From positions 1 through 14,084 of the forward strand of contig JBEKHC010000118.1 in assembly GCA_050012475.1 (NCBI GenBank): DNA of 14,084 bases, read 5' to 3'. This stretch comes from Candidatus Velthaea sp. GTDB taxonomy: Bacteria; Vulcanimicrobiota; Vulcanimicrobiia; Vulcanimicrobiales; Vulcanimicrobiaceae. Position 1 is the stretch's first letter. The number at the start of each line of letters is the position of its first letter. A model generated the notes under the pieces. It was not told the origin of the DNA. It saw nothing but the letters and a program-made list of their open reading frames with translations, and searched no databases. Position numbers and translations under genes: made by a program. Positions 1-6,825 of this stretch are shown in pieces.

Positions 1-707
1 TCGACGATCGCGCGCGATGTGCGCAGCAGCTGCATGAGCACCAGCGCGATGATCACGCCGATGACAACCTCCCAGGTCGCCTCGACCCAGAAGTGCACGA
101 GCCACCACCACCAGTACTGATCGACCGCAAGATTCGTGATCGCCGGAAACGCAATCAGATACAGCCCGAAAAGTGGAATCAGATCGACCATCAGAACCCA
201 GACGATCCCTGAGACGCGGCGGGTCGCAATGGCCGTCCCGATGACGTTCCACAAAAATCCGCCGACGACCGCGACAACGCCGATCGCCGCCCAACGCGGC
301 GCTTCGACGTACTTGCGGCCTTGGTTGATGAACCACAGCGTAAACTCGTTGGCGGCGCCGGTTTGGACGAAGATAAAGACCACCGAAACGATGGCGACGG
401 CCGCGCAAAAAACCCAGAACAGGATCTCGCTGAAGCGGATTCCGACCAGTTCGCTCTCGAATTCGTCCGGCAACAGCCAGTAGAGCGATCCGAAAAACGC
501 CATCAGCAGCCCGATGATCAGCGTGTTGATGTGCAAGATCTTCACGATGCTGAACGGCAGCTGCGGGAACAGGAAATTCGGCGAGATATACATGATCGAA
601 GCCAGAATTCCGCTGGCGAAGAGGATCCCAAACAGAACCATCGAGGCGGTAAAGTAGCGCAGCGCCAAACGTTGGGACCGGTACAAGGTGGGTCGCGCGA
701 TATCCAT
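1..707 (-). CDS. norB: Nitric oxide reductase large (cytochrome b) subunit, cNOR type; 3' end lies outside the window
   Basis: Not in the ORF track because it is open at the window edge. Manual translation from ATG 707 (GGAG upstream): MDIARPTLYRSQRLALRYF...PFSIVKILHINTL...QGRKYVEAPRW...DQYWWWWLVHFWVEATWEV. Has the heme b His (LHIN) and the NOR signature WWxxHxWVExxWE. Directly downstream of norC. Confidence 0.96.
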   Translation of the reverse strand, partial: MDIARPTLYRSQRLALRYFTASMVLFGILFASGILASIMYISPNFLFPQLPFSIVKILHINTLIIGLLMAFFGSLYWLLPDEFESELVGIRFSEILFWVFCAAVAIVSVVFIFVQTGAANEFTLWFINQGRKYVEAPRWAAIGVVAVVGGFLWNVIGTAIATRRVSGIVWVLMVDLIPLFGLYLIAFPAITNLAVDQYWWWWLVHFWVEATWEVVIGVIIALVLMQLLRTSRAIV

Positions 708-722
708 CAGACGTTCTCCGCG

Positions 723-1316
723 TTATTGAGGTGTGGCATGCCCGAACGCGTTCGGGAAGCCGTTTGTATCGATCGAGGATAGCCACTTGAGATAGGCCAC
801 CGTCGCGCGGGCCTCGTCCTCGCTGAGGTTGAGATCCGGCATCTTGCGGTTCCAGGTGGCGTATTTCTCGGGGTGCATCAAGAACGCGACCATCGCCTCG
901 GCCCGGTCCGGCTTCTGCGTGAATGGGATCCAGACGTTATGCCAGGCGGGATCCAGCCATGCCTTAGTCAAGTCTGGGGCAAAATACGCACCGTTGCCGA
1001 AAAACGTATGGCAATCCATGCAAGCCCGGCTCTGAATGACGAGCTTGCCCTGGTGCAACAACGCCTCGGCTTCGTCCGCCGAATACTTCTTGCCGAAGAG
1101 CAACTCGGTGGCACCGATCGTCGGCACCCAGCCGCCGCGATCGTCGTCATACCGGTAGCCGATTTGTTGGTTGATGACCGTGTACGGCGGAACGTTCCTC
1201 CCGCCGGCTTGCATCGCGTCCAGTGAGTCAACCGTCAGGAAAATAAGCACGGCGACCATGACCGTAATAGAACTGATCGCGCCGGCGCGCCAAAACTTGG
1301 GATCATGGGTGAACAT
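723..1316 (-). CDS. norC: Nitric oxide reductase small subunit, membrane-anchored cytochrome c
   Basis: ATG at 1316 with GGAGG RBS (the ORF-track start at 1352 is probably too long). N-terminal TM helix, heme motif CMDCH, NorC-typical GNGAYFAPDLTK, axial Met region RKMPDLNL. Adjacent to norB. Confidence 0.95.
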   Translation of the reverse strand: MFTHDPKFWRAGAISSITVMVAVLIFLTVDSLDAMQAGGRNVPPYTVINQQIGYRYDDDRGGWVPTIGATELLFGKKYSADEAEALLHQGKLVIQSRACMDCHTFFGNGAYFAPDLTKAWLDPAWHNVWIPFTQKPDRAEAMVAFLMHPEKYATWNRKMPDLNLSEDEARATVAYLKWLSSIDTNGFPNAFGHATPQ

Positions 1317-1499
1317 CTGACGGCCTCCGATGCTTGCGCTCTGAGCACGCAAATCGGTATCGGTGGGTCACCCTCGGACCGCAGGGACGTTCGCCGAGAC
1401 GAGTACTTGACTGTCTACCACCAACTCGGTTGACGAGGAGGTCCCGTGTCGTGCAAGGCATGGATGTGTTCTCCTACCTGAGAGTCGCGATGTGTTGCA

Positions 1500-2783
1500 T
1501 TAGGGCATGCCGCGCAGCAGCGATACCGTACGCGTTGAATCCGGAGGTTCACGAAAGCTGACGGCGCGGCACGCGGCAATCGCGGCATTGATGACCATTG
1601 TGGTCCACGCGCAGAGTCCGGCGATCGCCGCTCCCGTCAAGAGCGTGGGCCAATTGAAAACCAGCGCGCAGGTCCCGCTCGCAACCGCCCCCTGGAAGAG
1701 CGCAAATGACGCCCAGCTCAGGGGCGCGACGAGCAGTTCGCCCGGCCGCGTTTCGTCGTCGTCACCGCGCGCGACCGTTGCGATCAGTCGAATGCCGATG
1801 TGATAGAGATGGCCATTGACCATCTGACCGAGCCAGCCGACGAGCAGGACGTAGACTGCCGCTGCGCCCGATGACGAACCGGCGGCAGCGCTAACGCTCA
1901 GTGCGAGCCCCCCGACGAGCCAGCCCGCCGCGACGCCCAAGAACGCCTGCGGCGGCCGGTGTCTAACGGTCGCGCGAAACAAAATGTCGAGCAGGTCGGC
2001 GACGTAAATGAGCGCGCCCAGCACGACTGCAAGTACGCCGATCCATTCGACCACCGGTGTGCGCAGCATCAGACCAATAGCAAAGAGCACCACACCGCCC
2101 ATCTCGCAGCCGCCAGCCGCGCTGTGCGCCCACGGCCGGCGCGAACGGGCGCCGGTAATCGGTCGCACGGTTCGCGTCGAGACGCCCATAACGAGGACCG
2201 TCAACCATCCGATCATGCCGAATGAAGCGTGAATCGGCGGCCCCGACATAAGCAGCGTGGCGGGACCGCCGGCGGCCAGCGCCCATGCGAGCGCCGCACC
2301 GATGAGAACCGTGATGAAGAGCGAGCCCAGCGTGATGAGCAAGGCGCGTGCGATTGCCGCTTCCGTTTTCGGTCCCGCGAGTACGGTCGACAGCGTTCTG
2401 CTCGCCGGAACCAGATACGACGCCAGCGCGAGGACGATGAGCGTTCCAGCCCATGGCAACACGGCGGTCGCACCGTTCCAGAAGCCGAAGACGAGCACGA
2501 TGACGGCCGTCTCAAAAATGAAGAGCGCACCTCGAGCGATTCGTTCGCCGGTCCAGGTCGCGTCGGTAAAGCCGGGAATGACGTGAACGAGGATTGCCAA
2601 CGCCGTCATCGTCAGCCAGCCCAGCGCGATGAGGTGCAACCAACCCAGTGCGGGTGCTCCCAGCGTGAACGGACGGTGCAGCGCCAAGACGAGCAGCAAA
2701 ATCCATGACGCGCCGTGCGCAAGCTGTCCGGCAACGAGCGCAACGGGCGGTATCCAATGCCGACGGCTCGGGGTGACTACCAT
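1500..2783 (-). CDS. Polytopic membrane protein (427 aa) with repeated H...GW helices; NnrS-like or heme-copper-oxidase-like fold suspected, function unknown
   Basis: ATG 2783 overlaps the TAA of the upstream gene (TAATG). About 12 hydrophobic segments. Repeated motifs WLHLIALGWLTM, IHASFGMIGWLTV and YVLLVGWLGQMVNGHLYH. Confidence 0.8.
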   Translation of the reverse strand: MVVTPSRRHWIPPVALVAGQLAHGASWILLLVLALHRPFTLGAPALGWLHLIALGWLTMTALAILVHVIPGFTDATWTGERIARGALFIFETAVIVLVFGFWNGATAVLPWAGTLIVLALASYLVPASRTLSTVLAGPKTEAAIARALLITLGSLFITVLIGAALAWALAAGGPATLLMSGPPIHASFGMIGWLTVLVMGVSTRTVRPITGARSRRPWAHSAAGGCEMGGVVLFAIGLMLRTPVVEWIGVLAVVLGALIYVADLLDILFRATVRHRPPQAFLGVAAGWLVGGLALSVSAAAGSSSGAAAVYVLLVGWLGQMVNGHLYHIGIRLIATVARGDDDETRPGELLVAPLSWASFALFQGAVASGTCALVFNWPTLLTGAAIAGLCAWTTMVINAAIAACRAVSFREPPDSTRTVSLLRGMP

Positions 2784-3238
2784 TACTGCACGCCCGGCGC
2801 CGGATGCCGCGGCGCGCGCACGCGTTGCCAGGCTACGAACACAAACAGCGCGATGGCTGCGGGTTGAGAGATGGCCGCCAGCGCTAAGAGTGTTGCCGCA
2901 ACGGGCGCATTTCCGCTCAATTGGTTCCATGGCGCCGCTCTAAGCCGTAACACCAGGCCGCTGTTGAGCAGCACGAAGCTCGTGCTGACAGCCAGGGTCG
3001 GATATCGGCCTTGCGTTACCGGAAAGCGTTCCCGATTGAGCGGCAGCATCCACAGCGCGATGCCGATGACGAGGTCTACCAGCCAGCCGACTTCGCCCAG
3101 GTGCGCGTGTTCGACAGAAAAAACATACGGCACGGAACGGCCCAACGCTTTAAGCACGAGAAGCACACCGCCCAACGCGAACGTCAGCACGAGATAGACC
3201 AAGCCGGTTTTCACGAAAATACGCGCTTCGCGAGGCAT
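2783..3238 (-). CDS. Four-helix membrane protein (151 aa) with HAHLxxxGW motif
   Basis: Four hydrophobic segments and the motif EHAHLGEVGWLVDLVIGIALWMLP. Starts 9 nt after the ferredoxin stop; its stop overlaps the next start. Confidence 0.82.
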   Translation of the reverse strand: MPREARIFVKTGLVYLVLTFALGGVLLVLKALGRSVPYVFSVEHAHLGEVGWLVDLVIGIALWMLPLNRERFPVTQGRYPTLAVSTSFVLLNSGLVLRLRAAPWNQLSGNAPVAATLLALAAISQPAAIALFVFVAWQRVRAPRHPAPGVQ

Positions 3239-3247
3239 CGGTCACCG

Positions 3248-3487
3248 TTACTTAAAGTAGTCGCTGTTGACGCCCGCATAGTGCTTCCACTTTTGTGGGA
3301 TGTCAGCATCAGCAAAGATGGCTTCGACGGGACAGGCCGGCACGCACGCCCCGCAGTCGATACACACGTCGGGGTCGATATAGAGCTGCGGATCGCCGTC
3401 AGTTCCGTGGATGCAGTCGACGGGACAAACGTCGACGCACGATTTATCTCTCGTGCCGATGCACGGTTCGGTAATGACATAGGGCAT
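3248..3487 (-). CDS. fdxA: 7Fe ([3Fe-4S][4Fe-4S]) ferredoxin, 79 aa
   Basis: MPYVITEPCIGTRDKSCVDVCPVDCI...CIDCGACVPACPVEAIF: C-x7-C-x3-CP plus CxxCxxCxxxCP, the pattern of Azotobacter/Thermus-type 7Fe ferredoxins. Start ATG 3487. Confidence 0.95.
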   Translation of the reverse strand: MPYVITEPCIGTRDKSCVDVCPVDCIHGTDGDPQLYIDPDVCIDCGACVPACPVEAIFADADIPQKWKHYAGVNSDYFK

Positions 3488-3639
3488 GCACTTACCGTGG
3501 AACCTTTCTGCTTGTCGTCGCCACATTCAAATCGCTCGTTTGCCTTGCACACTCGTCGATTCGCGCCGACTAATACATCGGGCGGGGTTAGCGAAAGCTT
3601 CAACAAAGCGGTGTCGTCAACGCGCTCGCAGGGAGCTGC

Positions 3640-4031
3640 GGTGTCGCAGCAATTGTAGTCCGGCGGCCTGTGAGGGTCATCCCAAGGCGTGACTGACGTC
3701 TTTTGCTGTGACGTCGAAAACGACCGGATGTATCGAGAGGGACAACCGCCGGCACTAAGAAGCCACGGTGCTGGGCGATGACCGAATAGTGCTGAGCGTT
3801 GACAGATGCTTGCGCCTTGCGGTACGGAAATGCGGGGATCGTGATTGCATAGATTGCGAACGCGACGATCAGCGTGAACCAGAACCAGTGACGCCGGATT
3901 CCGTAACCGCGCGCGGTGACAGCCGATTGTGCAAGTAGAGCGCTTTGCCGGTACTTGGCTAACCAAACAAGCAAGATGATCGCGCATAGGGCGACGATCA
4001 AAAAGATGTCTAAAACAGTCCTGCTATCCAG
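3640..4031 (-). pseudogene. Disrupted heme-copper oxidase subunit II-like (cupredoxin) gene
   Basis: GGAGG then CTG at 4031, two TM helices, then ...VPAVVPLDT. Removing one base near 3728 gives PVVFDVTAKDVSHALG (subunit II motif FxVTSxDVxH), followed by TGA at 3679-3677. Residual DPH/PDY codons follow in another frame. No CxExCGxxHxxM CuA motif found. Confidence 0.75.
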
Positions 4032-4076
4032 AGGCGCCTCCGTGGACGACGAGGATACAACGGGGAACTGCCCCAA

Positions 4077-4082
4077 AGTATA
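4077..4082 (-). promoter_or_regulatory. -10 element TATACT of a class II Crp/Fnr-activated promoter (predicted TSS about 4070)
   Basis: The plus strand reads AGTATA at 4077-4082. With a TSS at 4070 the FNR box centre (4111.5) falls at -41.5. Confidence 0.75.
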
Positions 4083-4104
4083 GTCGTCAGGCGGCTTCTT
4101 GGTA

Positions 4105-4118
4105 TTGATTTGAATCAA
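4105..4118. promoter_or_regulatory. FNR/DNR/NnrR-type binding site TTGAT-ttga-ATCAA
   Basis: Exact match to consensus TTGAT-N4-ATCAA, located between the divergent Crp/Fnr gene and the minus-strand nor gene string. Confidence 0.92.
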
Positions 4119-4163
4119 TGCGCATCAGCAGCGAAGCGGCTTAAAGTACACCGGAAGCGAGCG

Positions 4164-5093
4164 ATGAATCCGATCAATCCCGCACGGAGCCTCGACCTAC
4201 GATCGCTCCCGACTTGGGAACGTCACTCGCGCATTTTTGTCGCGTTTGATCAAATGCGCGAAGGAATGGCCCTGACCGTCATCACCGATCACGAGCCGCG
4301 CCCGCTGCGATTGCAATTCGAGCGGCTCTATCCGGATGAATTCGTCTGGGACCAGCGCCATCTGGGAATCGCCCGCTGGGAGGTAAGCCTGCGGCGGGCG
4401 CTGCCGATACCCGATCAGCGGGCATTTCTGCGACGTTGTGCACTGCTTTGTGACGCGAACGAAGAAACCGTAAGCGCGATCGACCAACGTTCGATCGCGC
4501 GGAATTTCAACGCTACCGAGGTGATCATCGAACAGGATACCCAGTGGCCGTATCTGGGGTTATTGCGAAGCGGCACACTCGCAGCCGTCGTCGGCGCAGC
4601 GAACGGTCGCGATCGGCAACTCTTCGACATTCTACCGGGCGACACGATCGGCGACATCGAGACCATCGACGGGGGTCGCTCGCTGGCGCATATTGCGGTA
4701 ACTTCAGCGGCTGCGCACGTCGTCTTGATTCCCCGTGGCATCGTTCTCTCGGCACTGCTTGAAGATGGAGTGTTTGCCCGGAAGTTGGCAACGATCTGCG
4801 CCCAGCGCGTGCGACTTCTAGGCGCACAGTTATCCCATGTTACCCAGCCGGCCGTTTCCCGCGTTGCGGCCGCTATACTCCCCTATGCGTCACCGGATGC
4901 CGGACTTTCCCCCGCCTTTGATGCATTGCAACGTATGACTCAAAATCAACTTGCGATCATTGCTGGAACAGCGAAGGAAGTTGCCGCTCGCGCCATTGCG
5001 GAATTGGAAGCGGCGGGCGCACTTCAACGCAACGAAGGTCACATTGCGCGAATCGATCGCGCAAAACTGCAGGCGTACGTGGTCGAGCAATAG
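4164..5093 (+). CDS. Crp/Fnr-family transcriptional regulator with N-terminal DUF2249-like domain (309 aa)
   Basis: N-terminus LDLRSLPTWERHSRIFVAFDQM...ITDHEPRPLRLQF...WEVSLRR resembles DUF2249. Central cNMP-binding-type beta-roll (ILPGDTIGDIETIDG). C-terminal HTH MTQNQLAIIAGTAKEVAARAIAELEAAGAL. ATG 4164 preferred because the ORF-track start at 4110 lies inside the FNR box. Confidence 0.9.
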   Translation: MNPINPARSLDLRSLPTWERHSRIFVAFDQMREGMALTVITDHEPRPLRLQFERLYPDEFVWDQRHLGIARWEVSLRRALPIPDQRAFLRRCALLCDANEETVSAIDQRSIARNFNATEVIIEQDTQWPYLGLLRSGTLAAVVGAANGRDRQLFDILPGDTIGDIETIDGGRSLAHIAVTSAAAHVVLIPRGIVLSALLEDGVFARKLATICAQRVRLLGAQLSHVTQPAVSRVAAAILPYASPDAGLSPAFDALQRMTQNQLAIIAGTAKEVAARAIAELEAAGALQRNEGHIARIDRAKLQAYVVEQ

Positions 5094-5213
5094 TACGCGT
5101 GCCCGCCAGGTCTTCGGACGCAGCTAAAGGTCGCGTTGGGTGGAGCCGCATTTCGTCAAACAAACCTCGTCGCTGCAAGCCTTCGCGCTATTGCGAAATA
5201 GCTATCCACAAGA

Positions 5214-5360
5214 TCAGTCTCCTGACTCAAGGGCATCGCAGCCGTCCCGGTGGCCATCTTCAGCTATTGCAAGCGCTCCGCAACTAGGGCAGACGAGATG
5301 GAGCCAGCATGCATCATCTCCCCCGGTCCGTGGCTGTGGCATGCACGCCACGCGTTGCAT
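5214..5360 (-). CDS. Small Cys/His-rich protein (48 aa), putative metal-binding miniprotein; start uncertain
   Basis: Manual translation MQRVACMPQPRTGGDDACWLHLVCPSCGALAIAEDGHRDGCDALESGD*. CxxCG knuckle plus CWxH and HxxGC. Below the ORF-track length cutoff. Confidence 0.6.
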   Translation of the reverse strand: MQRVACMPQPRTGGDDACWLHLVCPSCGALAIAEDGHRDGCDALESGD

Positions 5361-5412
5361 TATCCATCGACACTTCCTTTTCGAAATGCTAGTCTTCCAC
5401 TTCTGCCTTCAT

Positions 5413-5694
5413 TCACGACGCGGAAGCGTCGTTTAGTGCGGACTGGGCCGCGTTCTGTAGTGCGCGGTACGAACGCTCCCACTGACCGTCGCGCGGTGTC
5501 GTAGAAGCGAGCCGGCGAAGCAACGCGTCATATACACGCTGTCGCTGCTGCGAATCGCGCAGATCGCGGACCACGCGCTCGTGCTCGAGCGCGTCCACGA
5601 GTTGCACCTTGCGGTACTGACAAACACCGATGCACGTTTGCGGGGCCTCGATATTCCCGCAGCCGATACACTTCCAGGCTTCTATCGTTTCCAT
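5413..5694 (-). CDS. Small hypothetical protein (93 aa) with N-terminal CxxC-x8-CxxxC cluster and helical C-terminus
   Basis: METIEAWKCIGCGNIEAPQTCIGVCQYRKVQLV... from ATG 5694. The upstream extension in the ORF track is low-complexity Arg-rich sequence and probably non-coding. Confidence 0.8.
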   Translation of the reverse strand: METIEAWKCIGCGNIEAPQTCIGVCQYRKVQLVDALEHERVVRDLRDSQQRQRVYDALLRRLASTTPRDGQWERSYRALQNAAQSALNDASAS

Positions 5695-6147
5695 AAGTTC
5701 GTACCGCCAAAGAAAATGGATGCGGTCGTGTCTTCTTCTAGTTTTGCGGGCAACCCCATCTCCTGCGCCGCGGGACCGACCTCGCGCGGCGGGCCGCCGC
5801 GAACCCGGCGGCAGGAATGCCGGGCGAAATCGCTCGAGTTCCGCCGCGACGGCCCGGGGCGTCACGATCTCCGCCAGTGCCTTTGGGCACTGTCGAGCGC
5901 GAGCCGATCGTCGACGCGTTGCCGCTCGAATCGGTCACGTTCAACTGGGCCAGATTGCGAGCATTGGGACGGCACGAACGATGCCCGACTGGGATTGGTC
6001 GGAGTAGCGACTGCCGCAAGTGTATCGTTGTGGGAATCCGTAGGTATAATATACTAATTATTAATGAGCCATTTAGGGAAGTCATACTTAGCCGAAAGGC
6101 TGGTACTTTTAGGAAAGTATTGGATCGGCATTCAGAATACGTCTAGT

Positions 6148-6447
6148 ATGAGTATGTTCTTTCCGCGTGGTCCCGAGTCGTGGAAAATCGAGAATCGCCT
6201 TGGCCGATTGCGCTTCGAGTATCAACTGGAAAACTCCGGCGAATCAGCGTGGACTCAGCGATTTGCGCTGTTTTTTAGCGCATTGATTTGGTTTGTTTTG
6301 GTCGCTTCTGTACTTTGTCTTTTGTTTGTCGTGGAAGTTAGCGTTAGTACAGGATTTTCGATCACTACGCTTTTCCGCTTTGTGTTTTCCCACTCACCGC
6401 AGAACTGGATCAGTTCGTTGGTGACTGTGTTCCAAGGCTTAGAATAG
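6148..6447 (+). CDS. Hypothetical small membrane protein in an AT-rich patch (start 6148, 6154 or 6064)
   Basis: One strong hydrophobic stretch (FALFFSALIWFVLVASVLCLLFVV). TATAAT at 6045-6050 upstream. No recognisable family. Confidence 0.4.
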   Translation: MSMFFPRGPESWKIENRLGRLRFEYQLENSGESAWTQRFALFFSALIWFVLVASVLCLLFVVEVSVSTGFSITTLFRFVFSHSPQNWISSLVTVFQGLE

Positions 6448-6825
6448 AGATGTTCCAAGAGCATTTCGCGGCATGCATCACTGACCAGGTGCCGGACTGG
6501 GGCGACACATCGAAAACGTACTTGCAGCACGAACAGTAGGCGACCTCGCCTCAACGGTGCCTTTGACGTCGTGACGTCGTGAAGGTCGGTTACTACGGAT
6601 CGCGTTATGCATGAACCACGGCTTTCGTGCCGCCGGGACCTCTGGAGCGCCTTGATCTCAGTCGGCCGGCACAACAACCTTCGGCCAGCCGTCGCCGACA
6701 ACCATTGATGCGCGGCAATACGCCGGTGCTCACATCCACGGACCGACCGGTACGGAGCGATTTCGCTCGCCGATCGAGCCTCGCCAACAACCATGCTCAG
6801 GTGCGGCTCTGAAACAGCACGCGGA

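Noticed and set aside
136..1226. Plus-strand ORFs 136-483, 321-782, 829-1035 and 873-1226
   Set aside because: Antisense shadows of norB and norC.
1303..1461. 52-codon minus-strand ORF (MPCTTRDLL...) with an AGGAG RBS, overlapping the norC start
   Set aside because: No recognisable motif and composition typical of GC-rich non-coding DNA. A leader peptide or gene relic cannot be excluded.
1463..1496. GATGTGTT direct repeat (1463-1470 and 1489-1496) upstream of norC as a possible regulator site
   Set aside because: Only 8 bp, not palindromic, and no match to FNR or NsrR consensus.
3211..3987. 258-aa Cys-rich minus-strand ORF
   Set aside because: Alternative frame over the ferredoxin and the subunit II pseudogene, with no coherent domain.
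5187..5202. GCTATT-GCGA-AATAGC hairpin between convergent genes as a terminator
   Set aside because: Weak AT-rich stem with no U tract on either side.
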